From: Candidatus Thorarchaeota archaeon
GTDB taxonomy: Archaea; Asgardarchaeota; Thorarchaeia; Thorarchaeales; Thorarchaeaceae
DNA: 64,000 nt
NCBI GenBank assembly: GCA_019057475.1
Contig: DXJO01000007.1
Coordinates: 43,192 to 107,191 of the forward strand
Direction: 5' to 3'
The position numbers were made by a program, and so were the translations under genes. A model generated the notes under the pieces. That model did not search any database, was not told the origin of the DNA, and worked only from the letters and a program-made list of their open reading frames with translations. Positions 49,492 to 59,598 of this stretch are shown here, piece by piece. Position 1 is the stretch's first letter. Each line of letters opens with the position of its first letter.

Positions 49492-50826
49492 ATGGTGCGA
49501 GTCATTCCATTCAAGGCCTACAGATACGAAAAGTCCAAGGTCAAGGATTTGTCGCAGGTTGTAACGCCTCCATACGATGTGATGAAGGGCGAGAAGGTTG
49601 ACGAGTTCCAAAGGCGTTCCGAGCATAGTATCGCGTGGATTATCAAGAATAAGCCAGAAGAGGGTGACACGAGCCAGAACAACCAGTACACTCGAGCTGG
49701 TAATATACTCAACAAGTGGATCGACGGCGGCATCCTAGTCCCCGACGATAGAGAGAGCTTCTATGTGTACGGTCAGGACTTCAAAGTTGATGGCAAAAGT
49801 CTATTCCGATTTGGCTTCATCGGGCTCATCAAGCTTGAGGAATTCGCTAAGGATGTTCAGGTGAGCAAGAATGTTTTCAAGGGCGTTCTTCAGCACGAGG
49901 AAACCTTTCCAAAGGATATCCAAGATAGACTCAATCTGTCCAGGAACTGCATGGCACAGTTTGGTCAAATCTTCGTCATCTACCCGGATCACAAGGGGGA
50001 TGTTGACAAAGTTCTGGAGAAGTACATGAAGAACGTGCCAACCACAGACATCACAGATTCCAAGGGCATACACCATAGATTGTGGCGCATTGATAATCCA
50101 GAAGATACCAAGATGATTACCAAACATATGGAGAATAAGTATGTCATTATCGCAGATGGACATCATCGCTATAAGACCGCATTGGCACTCTCCGAAGAGA
50201 ATCCTGATTTGGAAACCGCCAAATACCGGATGCTTTCATTTGTGAACATGAGCAATCCCGGACTCGTAATCCTTCCAACTCACAGACGGATACAGAACCT
50301 CGAAGCCTTTTCCAAGGAGAAACTCTTGGAGCAGCTTAATGCTTACTTCAAGGTTGTTGAGTTCAAATCCAAAGACAGCATGTTTGAACTGATGAATAAA
50401 CAGTTCGACGAGGGCAATCATGCATTCGGACTCTTCATGGATGATGGCAAGTTCTACGCTCTCATCTTGAAGAACAAGCGAATCATGAACGATCTTCTTC
50501 CAGATAAATCGGAAGAACTCCGCGGATTGGACGTAGCAATACTGCATACGTTGATTCTGGACAAGACGCTTGGAATTGACAAGAAAAAGCTCGCAGCTGG
50601 CAGCATTAAGGGCGGGGGCTACGTGTCCTACATCAAGGGAATCGGCGATGCAGTCGACGAATCAATAAGGGCAGTCGAGGGCGATGCCCAAGCCGTATTC
50701 TTCATGAATCCAACTCGTATTGGAGAAGTAGAGGCGGTTTCCAGGAACTTCGAAGTCATGCCGCAGAAGAGTACATTTTTCTTCCCTAAAATCTACACAG
50801 GTTTTACGATTAACAAATTGAAATAG
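49492..50826 (+). CDS. DUF1015 family protein
   Basis: PFKAYRY, PPYDV, HEET, IADGHHRY, PTHR, MPQKSTFFFPK. Confidence 0.88.
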   Translation: MVRVIPFKAYRYEKSKVKDLSQVVTPPYDVMKGEKVDEFQRRSEHSIAWIIKNKPEEGDTSQNNQYTRAGNILNKWIDGGILVPDDRESFYVYGQDFKVDGKSLFRFGFIGLIKLEEFAKDVQVSKNVFKGVLQHEETFPKDIQDRLNLSRNCMAQFGQIFVIYPDHKGDVDKVLEKYMKNVPTTDITDSKGIHHRLWRIDNPEDTKMITKHMENKYVIIADGHHRYKTALALSEENPDLETAKYRMLSFVNMSNPGLVILPTHRRIQNLEAFSKEKLLEQLNAYFKVVEFKSKDSMFELMNKQFDEGNHAFGLFMDDGKFYALILKNKRIMNDLLPDKSEELRGLDVAILHTLILDKTLGIDKKKLAAGSIKGGGYVSYIKGIGDAVDESIRAVEGDAQAVFFMNPTRIGEVEAVSRNFEVMPQKSTFFFPKIYTGFTINKLK

Positions 50827-50830
50827 CAAG

Positions 50831-51925
50831 GTGACAGTTATGACAAAAAGAGCTTACAACTTCTATGCAGGCCCTGCAACAATGGCGCTCCCCGTCATAG
50901 AGCGGGCTAAGAAGGAACTACTGGATTTCCAGGGTACCGGAATGTCAATCATGGAGATTTCTCACAGGTCGAAGGAGTATGACAAGGTACACCATGATGC
51001 AATGGATCTTGTCACTGAGCTGATGGGACTCCCAAGCGACTACAAGGTAATGTGGCTACAGGGCGGAGCATCATCTCAATTCTACCAAGTGCCGCTGAAC
51101 CTGCAGCTTCCAGGAAAACCCATGGAGTACGTGAACACGGGGGTTTGGTCCAAGAAGGCGATTGCTGAGGCAAAGCTGTACGGGGAGGTAAGGGTCGTTG
51201 CTTCATCGGAGGACAAGACATTTTCCTATATTCCAAAAGATTTGGACTTCAGCGATGACGCAGCATTTGTACATATATCCGGCAACAATACGATATATGG
51301 CACCGAATGGAGCAAGGAGCCCAAAGTCCCATCGGGCGTACCACTCGTATCTGACATGTCATCGAGCCTCATGAACAAGGTGATCGACCCCAAGAAGTAC
51401 GGAGTCATGTACGCAGGCGCGCAAAAGAACTTGGGCCCGGCTGGAGTGACCTTGGTGATTGTTAGAGAAGACCTCCTTGGCAGAGTTCCAGAGAACGCAC
51501 CAACAATGCTGAAGTGGAGTACACATGCTGCAAAGGACTCCATGTTCAATACACCTCCGGCGCTAGCGATTTATCTCTGCAAGCTCTCTCTAGAGTACAC
51601 AAAGGAGATTGGAGGTGTTCCAGAGCTAGAGAAGAGAAACAAGGAGAAAGCAAAGATTCTCTATGACCTGATAGATGGGTCTAACGGCTTCTACAAGGGT
51701 CATGCAGAGAAAGACTCGAGGTCCCTCATGAACGTGACTTTCAATTTGAAGGACAAGGACTTGGAATCCAAGGCAGTGGAAGAGGGCCTTGCAAGAGGTC
51801 TCGTGGGACTCAAAGGACATCGTTCAGTGGGCGGAATGCGAGCATCAATCTACAACGCTATGCCTATTGACGGCGTTAAGGCGTTAGCAGAGTTTCTCAA
51901 GGAATTTCAAGAGAAGAACGAGTAG
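50831..51925 (+). CDS. serC: Phosphoserine aminotransferase (bacterial type)
   Basis: NFYAGP, EISHRS, QGGA, GAQKNLGPAG (PLP Lys), GHRSVGGMRAS. Confidence 0.95.
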   Translation: MTVMTKRAYNFYAGPATMALPVIERAKKELLDFQGTGMSIMEISHRSKEYDKVHHDAMDLVTELMGLPSDYKVMWLQGGASSQFYQVPLNLQLPGKPMEYVNTGVWSKKAIAEAKLYGEVRVVASSEDKTFSYIPKDLDFSDDAAFVHISGNNTIYGTEWSKEPKVPSGVPLVSDMSSSLMNKVIDPKKYGVMYAGAQKNLGPAGVTLVIVREDLLGRVPENAPTMLKWSTHAAKDSMFNTPPALAIYLCKLSLEYTKEIGGVPELEKRNKEKAKILYDLIDGSNGFYKGHAEKDSRSLMNVTFNLKDKDLESKAVEEGLARGLVGLKGHRSVGGMRASIYNAMPIDGVKALAEFLKEFQEKNE

Positions 51926-51982
51926 AATCGTTTCAGAATTGGAGGAGGCCCAAAAGTCCCTCCACTTCTACTTCTTTACCGG

Positions 51983-52348
51983 TTACTTGCCTACACGCCT
52001 CTTTGAGAACTTATCAACAACTAGGTGGAGCTGTTCATTCAGTTCAGGAATCGAAGCTTGCTCCAATATTCCGTTGTAGGTTCGCTTCATGATGAATCCG
52101 TCTACCTGCACGTTCAGATTGCGCATGGACCTACTCTTGAAGAATCTCCTAAACACCGAAACGATGGGAATCAATACGCCACCAGGCAACTTATTCTTCA
52201 AGAGGTCACGACAACTTCCACAATCCACCAACACAACTGTGTGCTCCCCATCGACGAGAATCTCGACTGGGATACGCTTCTTTGGACCTCTCGCAATGCG
52301 TCCAGCTCTCTCACTGTATTCCAGCTGGAACTCACCAAGTTGCTTCAT
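51983..52348 (-). CDS. Hypothetical protein
   Basis: ORF with one CxxC. Confidence 0.6.
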   Translation of the reverse strand: MKQLGEFQLEYSERAGRIARGPKKRIPVEILVDGEHTVVLVDCGSCRDLLKNKLPGGVLIPIVSVFRRFFKSRSMRNLNVQVDGFIMKRTYNGILEQASIPELNEQLHLVVDKFSKRRVGK

Positions 52349-52478
52349 TGCATACCCCTTAGGAGCGTTCTATGGATAAGTGTACCTCATCTGATAGTTA
52401 TGTGTTAGCAGCTATGAACAAAGGAAATGTGTCGATAGAGGAGAACCCCTCCATCAACACGATCATCGAAAGCGAACT

Positions 52479-55400
52479 CTAGCTCCCACGTGACTTTCTG
52501 CGGCCGAGAAGCATAGCAATCACTATGAACGCTAGGATAGCGCTGAGCATCATGGCGAGTAGGAGGTAGTCGGGTTCATCAGGCAAGGGCGGTGATGGAG
52601 TAGTTGTTTCAGTGGGAGTTGTTGGAGTCGTAGTTCCCGTCGAAGACTGCACAGTGTACATGTAGTCATCTGATACAGCCCAGTTGCCTAGGGTGTCAAC
52701 TGCGTAGATCCTGAACGTGACCTCGGTTCCAGCTGAGAACTGAGGTATTGCTCCTTCGTAGTGAGTACCATTGCACACCATCGTCACGTTGTTCCAAGCA
52801 GTTCCATTGTAGTAGGACAGTATGACCGTTGCCACAGCAGTGTCATCAGTCACCACCACTCCGATTGTAACATTGACTAGTTCGGTCACGTTTGTGGGAG
52901 TGCGAACAGGCGTTCCGATTACTGGAGGGTTACTCTCGTCTGCAACTGTGATGTAACTGTATGTTGGCGTCGTATTGATGTTGCCTTTGGTGTCGTTCGC
53001 CCAGAAGAAGTACTGAACGGTCGTCCCTAGCGTTTGCCCGAGTATTGTGGCACGGTATGTTCCAGTATCATTGGTCATCGCGATGATATGGAATGTACTC
53101 CAAGAGTTTGTGGTGTAGTTCAGCAGAACTGTATCAAGCCCTGCCGCGTTTACAGTTTCGGATGCATCAATTGAAACTGCTACGGCACGCCCTTCTCCTG
53201 GAGTTGTGGCATTGCGCCAAGGGTTGCTCAGTGAGGGTCCAACATTGTCATCTATCCAAAATGATACATTCAGAGTCTCTGCATCATTGCCTGCACTGTC
53301 ATTTGCATAGACGCTATAATGAACCGTTTCAGAGAAAACAAAAGGACCAATGGATACTGTGAAGTTGCCTGATGGCTGCTGTGTCATCTCTGCATAGGTC
53401 GGATCAATCCAGCCACCGACCTCGTACTTCAAGAAGACTCTTGCTGAACCTGAGTTATCTGTCACATTGGCTTCAAACAAAGGTGCATGATAATACTCCA
53501 CAATAGATGGTGCATAATGAACTGAATGAATCACAGGCGAAGTCAAATCAAAACTTAGAACAGCACCGAGAACATCCAGTTTTCCGTGGCTCCAGATGGG
53601 ATTGGGTACAGCGCCAGTAAAGCCATCAGTAACTGCAGTGGATTTGATGATTTCATTCACATCGCTGCCAGCTGAGGAGTTAGCTTGAAGGATGAGCGCA
53701 GCACAGCCGGCCACATGTGGTCCCGAAGCGCTAGTGCCGCTGAATAGGCGATAGCTTCCAAACTGCTCACCGAACGGGAGAGCCCCATATCTATTATACC
53801 ATGTTGCCCAAGGAGAGGCATTAGCATAGTCGGAAACCACATCGAAGCCACCCGGCGCAGCTACACCTTGTTTCTGAACTTCGTCAACTCGCGGGCCGCG
53901 GGATGAGAAGCTGGCAATGTCGCCAATTGTTTCGGGACTTACTAAGTCTCTAGTTCTGTAGCTAGCAACACTCAACGCTTGATCAGCTGTGGAGGGCCAA
54001 GTGATCTCATAGTTGTCTGATATATCACTCAACCAGATTGCACCTCCACTCCACGAGTTGCTGGCGTCTGAGATGTAGGAGTGAAATGTCGTGGTCGAGG
54101 GGCTGGTTACATTGATTTGATGATAAGGCGGTGCAGCGACAACTGTAGTCGGGAGTGGAGAGGTGGTTGAGTTGATGTGAATTCCTAGCATTCTAGTTAA
54201 ACGGCTGGACGTGGAAATGAACGATTCAACCGATAGATTGTTTCCACCAAAACTGACCGTAGGTTCCAAGAACGAGTTGCAATATCCAATACCAGGATGA
54301 AGATGTATCGTAAAAACAGGTGGACCAGTCCAGGATTGTAAATTCATGATTATGCTGAAGTTGCAGGTACTGAAATCGGTGTCATTAACCGAGAGAACCG
54401 TGATGTAGACATCTTCAATGTGAGGCTCCATGCTTGGTATATGGAAGTCCACGTAGTATGGTGTATCCGGGTTTGTCGAAAAGAGAGCGTGTTTATCCTT
54501 GCCGCCAAGGTTTCCGCTAGGTGCAATCACTGGTACACCGTTAGCAACAATCGTATCGATAAGTGACTCACTTGCAGAGCTTCCATCAAGATAGTGATAG
54601 GTCCACGAGCCAATCTCGATTAGTATCACATCTGCACCATGGTTGTACGCCCAAGTCAAGCCTTCCTCGATTGTGAGCCAATCGTTCGACCCGCCTATGA
54701 CCTTAATCATCATAAGCTCGGAGTTGGGAGCAACGCCCACCATCTTCCTATGTCCAAGCTGACCACCAAGGAGTATTCCGGCGACCGCGGTTCCATGCCC
54801 ATCTGTGTCATCGTGTGTAGAGGTCGTTAGATTTACGCTACGGTCCCACACCTGAATATCTCTGGATGGAGTTCCGTCCCCCTCTACAATATACTTGGTC
54901 TTGGGGGTGCTCAACATAATCAGCTTCTCGTCGACATCCAGCTGACCATTATCGTTCGTATCATTGACTACAAAGAAGGGTTCACCTATGTCGGGCTCAG
55001 CATTCTGTAAGACACTATCTGCCCAGATCCATTCATTGGCCGTGTCGAATATCCCATCGGTATCATAATCAAGGTAGTACATCACCTCGTCAGACGTAGC
55101 GAGGCCACTGTCGTCCAAATCAATAGCATCTGTGCCATTCGTGGGAAGGCTATCGCCATCATCAAGCCAATCGTATTCGCCCCCATCTGCAAACCAGAAA
55201 TCAGGGTGCTTCCAGTCTATCCCCGAGTCCAAATCGGCAATGAGCAATCCCTCACCCGTGATATTCCTATCAAGACTGTCCAAGAGGTTCCAAGCATCAT
55301 CTGCATTTATCTCAGGAATTGAAACGTCCCTTGTGAGGTGAATGTGGTCTCTTGGAGTCTGAACGTCAATGTCTTCTACAATGCCCATCTCGACTAGGAT

Positions 55401-55706
55401 GGAGAAACCCTCAGCAGTGCCCCTCATAACATAGTAGTCACCTACTCGGCTTGAAACGGAGTTTCCAAGACTGAATCGGATTCCCAGTAATTCAAGCTCT
55501 TCTGCTAAAGAGTCCGTAGGAATATCAGAGAACCTCACTACAACCGGAATCTCGTTTCCAAATGTTTCCGCAAGAGACCAGAAATCAAGGTCTCTGGCTG
55601 CATCGTTCTCAGCCATCATCACCTTTTCTGGTTGCGACGGCATCAGTGGAATGAACCCGAGAATCAGTACAACTAACAAGAGCGTGCCTAGAATTATCTT
55701 CCTCAT
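52479..55706 (-). CDS. Membrane-anchored S8 peptidase with C-terminal Ig-like repeats
   Basis: LDSG, HGTAVA, GTSASGPHV; three repeats ending ANDSAGN/ANDTKGN/AVDTLGN; Thr/Pro linker plus TM. Confidence 0.9.
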   Translation of the reverse strand: MRKIILGTLLLVVLILGFIPLMPSQPEKVMMAENDAARDLDFWSLAETFGNEIPVVVRFSDIPTDSLAEELELLGIRFSLGNSVSSRVGDYYVMRGTAEGFSILVEMGIVEDIDVQTPRDHIHLTRDVSIPEINADDAWNLLDSLDRNITGEGLLIADLDSGIDWKHPDFWFADGGEYDWLDDGDSLPTNGTDAIDLDDSGLATSDEVMYYLDYDTDGIFDTANEWIWADSVLQNAEPDIGEPFFVVNDTNDNGQLDVDEKLIMLSTPKTKYIVEGDGTPSRDIQVWDRSVNLTTSTHDDTDGHGTAVAGILLGGQLGHRKMVGVAPNSELMMIKVIGGSNDWLTIEEGLTWAYNHGADVILIEIGSWTYHYLDGSSASESLIDTIVANGVPVIAPSGNLGGKDKHALFSTNPDTPYYVDFHIPSMEPHIEDVYITVLSVNDTDFSTCNFSIIMNLQSWTGPPVFTIHLHPGIGYCNSFLEPTVSFGGNNLSVESFISTSSRLTRMLGIHINSTTSPLPTTVVAAPPYHQINVTSPSTTTFHSYISDASNSWSGGAIWLSDISDNYEITWPSTADQALSVASYRTRDLVSPETIGDIASFSSRGPRVDEVQKQGVAAPGGFDVVSDYANASPWATWYNRYGALPFGEQFGSYRLFSGTSASGPHVAGCAALILQANSSAGSDVNEIIKSTAVTDGFTGAVPNPIWSHGKLDVLGAVLSFDLTSPVIHSVHYAPSIVEYYHAPLFEANVTDNSGSARVFLKYEVGGWIDPTYAEMTQQPSGNFTVSIGPFVFSETVHYSVYANDSAGNDAETLNVSFWIDDNVGPSLSNPWRNATTPGEGRAVAVSIDASETVNAAGLDTVLLNYTTNSWSTFHIIAMTNDTGTYRATILGQTLGTTVQYFFWANDTKGNINTTPTYSYITVADESNPPVIGTPVRTPTNVTELVNVTIGVVVTDDTAVATVILSYYNGTAWNNVTMVCNGTHYEGAIPQFSAGTEVTFRIYAVDTLGNWAVSDDYMYTVQSSTGTTTPTTPTETTTPSPPLPDEPDYLLLAMMLSAILAFIVIAMLLGRRKSRGS

Positions 55707-55853
55707 TGTGTTACTACCTCACAACGAATACCCGTAGAGAATCGCACCACGCGAAACCTACGTTCGACTACTGCTGTATGATACATATTCTATTTAATTT
55801 TTCCAAGCCTAGCTTGAGCATTGAATTAGAGGCCCTAGCTAGCACGCTCTTCG

Positions 55854-56156
55854 TTGCCGCTAGGATCCACCAGATTCGCATCACTTTCTCCGCGTTCCAA
55901 AGCGAGATTTGGAGAAGCATCCATCACATGGACAGCGGTCACAGGTGGCACCAAGGTCGCCGTTAGGATGCTAATGTCAGTCAGAAGAGCTAGGGGGCAA
56001 GTCAAGAAGGGCTCCAAGAAATTCTACGAGACTCTTGTTGATGCAGGACTCCCAAAAGACGAAGCGCATCAGATATCCGAGGCCTTTGCTTCTCCAGCCA
56101 TGGAGTTGCTCAGTATACGAAACATGGTCAATATGGCGAGAGAGATGGGTGAATGA
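55854..56156 (+). CDS. Hypothetical protein
   Basis: Fills the gap; helical C-terminal half. Confidence 0.55.
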   Translation: MPLGSTRFASLSPRSKARFGEASITWTAVTGGTKVAVRMLMSVRRARGQVKKGSKKFYETLVDAGLPKDEAHQISEAFASPAMELLSIRNMVNMAREMGE

Positions 56157-56177
56157 CCCCTCTCTCATTCCCGCATT

Positions 56178-56657
56178 CTAGTCCACATGAACTACTAGAA
56201 CAGCACAGTTGATTCTTCGAATTACCCGCTCGGTAGAGCTTCCAAGACCAGGCTTCCTACTTCTGCTCAAGCCTTTGGATCCCATGACGATTATGTCGAC
56301 ATCAATGGATGCTGCAAGTGCTGTAATCCTATCAGAAGGGAGCCCCTTTTCAAGCACAGTCTCGACCTCAAGCCCATAGCCGAGGGCGGCTGACTTGTAT
56401 CTCTGCAGAAGTTTTTCTCCATTTTCCTCGTAATGCCTGAGGATATCCTCAGGGTCCTTATCAGACATCCGTGCGACCTGCTGCACAACGCCTGTGTTGA
56501 TTACGTGAACAATATAGAGTTTGGACTTGGTCAATTCAGCAATTTCGTAAGCAACTACTGCTGCTCGATCCGAGCCCTCACTGCCATCAATTGGCAACAT
56601 GACTCTTTTGGTCCTGCTCAGCAATCTACCCGGCTCGTGGTACAGGGGGGCCTCCAT
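56178..56657 (-). CDS. Universal stress protein
   Basis: PIDGSEGS, IIVMGSKG, GSSTERV. Confidence 0.92.
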   Translation of the reverse strand: MEAPLYHEPGRLLSRTKRVMLPIDGSEGSDRAAVVAYEIAELTKSKLYIVHVINTGVVQQVARMSDKDPEDILRHYEENGEKLLQRYKSAALGYGLEVETVLEKGLPSDRITALAASIDVDIIVMGSKGLSRSRKPGLGSSTERVIRRINCAVLVVHVD

Positions 56658-56730
56658 AATATCCGCCGTAATTGAAGTTATCTCTAAATAAGGTTGCTAT
56701 CTAAAGGACGTGGGGAGTGATAATCTGGGC

Positions 56731-57237
56731 TTACTTCACAACAAACACGGGGCAACTGGCCCCTAGGACCACTCTCTCCGTAGAGCTCCCCATTCCTGAC
56801 TTCATAACTGCGGTGCCGCCATGTGAACCCAAAACTACCAAATCCACTCCGAGCTCTTCCGAGAGCGCAATTAGCATATCAGACGGAAGCCCTTTATCGA
56901 GTACTGTTTCAACCGGGATGTTAAAATCCCTGGATGCATCTTCATAGCCCTGCAGTATTCTCTTGCCATTGACTTCATACTTCTGAAGCAGTTCCTCTTC
57001 ACTGACATCAGACATCACAGAGATGTGCTTGATGTTGGGCAACGGGATGATATACACAATGTAAACCTTCGATTTTGTCAGCTCACCTATCTCAAAGGCA
57101 ACAGTAGCAGCTCGTGCAGCCCCTTCACTCCCGTCAACTCCAACTATAATTTTCCGTATCTTGCAAAATATCCGGTCGGGCTCACAATAGATAGTGTCTT
57201 CCAAAGCTGTATTCACCAACAGGATGCCCTGAAACAA
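56731..57237 (-). CDS. Universal stress protein (tandem paralogue)
   Basis: GVDGSEGA, VVLGSHG, GSSTERVV...CPVFVV. Confidence 0.9.
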   Translation of the reverse strand: MFQGILLVNTALEDTIYCEPDRIFCKIRKIIVGVDGSEGAARAATVAFEIGELTKSKVYIVYIIPLPNIKHISVMSDVSEEELLQKYEVNGKRILQGYEDASRDFNIPVETVLDKGLPSDMLIALSEELGVDLVVLGSHGGTAVMKSGMGSSTERVVLGASCPVFVVK

Positions 57238-57382
57238 TTATCTGAAATAGATTGTCATTCAGAGGAATCACACACGGACATCCATCCAGCGGAGAATCAG
57301 ATTCCAATAGTCCAGTGGTCTGCCCGAGTCGGAAGAGCCTGAAGCAGTTTGAGGAGGCAGGCAGCTGTGAAGCTGAAACGCC

Positions 57383-59569
57383 CTATCTGAATCCACCTGA
57401 AACACAGGCACTGTGACACGCACTATGGCAAGCACTGTGGCAGACGCAAGCACTATGGCATGCGCTGTGACATGCGCTATGACAAGCATCATGCGAAACA
57501 CATGCGGAGTGACAGGCGTCATGGGACACGCATCGACTGGTCTGCTCAAGAATGGGACTTAGTGGCTCCGAGATGACGCTTCCAACGCCCTCGAAAACGT
57601 CCCCGATTGTATTTGTGACATTGCTCATAATCTCAGATGTCGTGGCTGCAACATCACCGACGACGCGGCCCACATCACTGATTGCATGACCAGTAGCTTC
57701 CGAAAGATCATTGAACCAAGCAGGTATCTTTGGCGGCGAGATGGTTCCTCCAGGATGCCTGAAAGCGTCCTTCAGGTATGCGTCATGACGCGGGTGCTGG
57801 TAAAGGTAAAACCAAGCCCAACCGTTGTCATCGTAGTCCTCATCGAAGTAATAATCAGTGCGGCCTTCAAGCGTTGGATTAGATTCAAGTTTCTCCCAAG
57901 CGCCCTCAACTCGTTCATCATGGGCGACCTTGGTTGCCTCGAAGTCAGCATCCCACGCCTTGGCCTGGACTTTGTCTGCAATCTCTTCAACCATATCGTC
58001 TACTTTGTCAGCATCAAGCTCGTTGTTCACAATTGCATCGAGGAACATCTCTTCGTAGTATGTTAGGTCCTCAAACTGTAGACCTGTAGCAGAGAGTTTC
58101 AACGGATCGCTGGATATGACGCGAACCGCACCCTTACGCACACAAGACATCAGAATCATTGAGATTAGCGTCTTCCGACTGGTATTCACAAAGAGGGCTG
58201 ACTCCACGGGGTCGATGTCAGCCACCGTGCCGGGCGTGCCAAAAGTCTGTATTGCTATCTCTGGACTCTGGTACCCGGTCGTGGTTTCATCTGCCTCCCA
58301 CCTTGCACCATATGAGCTAGTTACTTTCTTGTAGCCATATGCAATGAGCCCAATGGCAAACAGACTACCTACTCCAAATGCAAACATCTGGGGGTCAATC
58401 AGCGGTGGCACTGCCTCCGTCACGTAGACAGCGATGTCGATGACCAGCCATTCTCCGGGGTCGAGATTATCAGCGGATACTAGAAAGCTAATCGTGAGGA
58501 TGGCAGGAAGATTATCCGGGATAAACGTGCAGAAGATGTAGATGGTGTCTCCGCCCGACAGGCTCTCAGCATGCCACGAAGTCTGCTCTGAGGTCAATGT
58601 TAGGTTCGCATCGTAGTTCATAGAAACGATAACATTCTCCAGGTCAGCGTCACCGTAGTTGAACACATTAACTGCCACTGAAAACTCTGTGCTGGCATAG
58701 GCGTTGATTATTCCGGCTGTATCGTAAGCCAGAATGCCAGGCATCAGATATTGTTCGTACCAGCTCCAGTTCGTGTAGTGAAATACTCTAAAGTGATTTT
58801 CAGCAGCTAGAGAGGAGTGACTCAAACTGACGCTGAAGTTGCGCGGAGAAGCTCCGGGGTCGGATGGATAAGCCAGAAGGTTCTCCTCATCGAACGAGTA
58901 CTGCGTTTCTGACACGTCATACAGACCCTGACGATAGTCGACCACATAACCTGCATAGTCGGCACCATCAGGAGTTATCCCACCCTCATCGGTAATCCAA
59001 GACGCATTCATCGCAATCGGATATATGACACGGACATTCTCAAAGCCTACACTCTGCGACCAGATGACAGGTGCCCAGTTGAGGACTGCAAGATCCCCTG
59101 TCACTTCCTCGCCCGAACCCTCCAGCGTGAAAGTTCCCGTCGTCTTCTCTAGAATCCGGTTTGTGCTGAAGTAGCCGAAGACAACTGTCACTGTTTCGCC
59201 CTCCTGTGTCCGAGGCAGCCAATCAAGCTTGTATCCTTCAGACACGACTTCAACAGTCAGGTCATACCTATTCTCACCCATCACCACATAGGCTCGACCC
59301 GGGTCGTAGATGCTTGTTTCCTGTATACCAAATAGATCAAAGCCGCCAAGTGACTCACTATGAACAGTGAAGGTCATCCAATAGGTCACGTTGATCCTAC
59401 CGTTATTCATTACTACGACGTCAACCAACACACTATCGACACTCACAACCGGACTCTGACTGGGTGTGCTTGTTCCCACGCACATGGGAGCAAATGCAAG
59501 CGCAACCAGCATTAGAGCAAAGATGAACCTCGGGCCATGTTTCACCGAAAAACTCCCCTTGAAACTCAA
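57383..59569 (-). CDS. Membrane protein (signal peptide, extracellular beta domains, TM, DUF2207-like region) with C-terminal Cys/His repeat tail
   Basis: N-terminal hydrophobic signal; TM FAFGVGSLFAIGLIAYGY-KK; ends in CVSHDA/CHSA repeats and CVSGGFR. Confidence 0.85.
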   Translation of the reverse strand: MSFKGSFSVKHGPRFIFALMLVALAFAPMCVGTSTPSQSPVVSVDSVLVDVVVMNNGRINVTYWMTFTVHSESLGGFDLFGIQETSIYDPGRAYVVMGENRYDLTVEVVSEGYKLDWLPRTQEGETVTVVFGYFSTNRILEKTTGTFTLEGSGEEVTGDLAVLNWAPVIWSQSVGFENVRVIYPIAMNASWITDEGGITPDGADYAGYVVDYRQGLYDVSETQYSFDEENLLAYPSDPGASPRNFSVSLSHSSLAAENHFRVFHYTNWSWYEQYLMPGILAYDTAGIINAYASTEFSVAVNVFNYGDADLENVIVSMNYDANLTLTSEQTSWHAESLSGGDTIYIFCTFIPDNLPAILTISFLVSADNLDPGEWLVIDIAVYVTEAVPPLIDPQMFAFGVGSLFAIGLIAYGYKKVTSSYGARWEADETTTGYQSPEIAIQTFGTPGTVADIDPVESALFVNTSRKTLISMILMSCVRKGAVRVISSDPLKLSATGLQFEDLTYYEEMFLDAIVNNELDADKVDDMVEEIADKVQAKAWDADFEATKVAHDERVEGAWEKLESNPTLEGRTDYYFDEDYDDNGWAWFYLYQHPRHDAYLKDAFRHPGGTISPPKIPAWFNDLSEATGHAISDVGRVVGDVAATTSEIMSNVTNTIGDVFEGVGSVISEPLSPILEQTSRCVSHDACHSACVSHDACHSACHSACHSACVCHSACHSACHSACVSGGFR
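57386..57532 (-). repeat. Degenerate 12/18-bp coding repeat encoding 7x CHSA and 2x CVSHDA
   Basis: Amino-acid repeat is exact while the codons vary. Confidence 0.9.
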
Positions 59570-59598
59570 CTTCTCATCTGACTACTTCCGTTGACACC

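Noticed and set aside
57386-57532. Periodic DNA repeats as a CRISPR array or VNTR
   Set aside because: Units are 12-18 bp, degenerate at third codon positions, have no spacers and lie in frame in a CDS
57386-57532. His-Xaa-Ser (HxsA-type) radical SAM target
   Set aside because: The repeat is C-H-S-A with period 4, not H-x-S with period 3, and only one radical SAM gene is present
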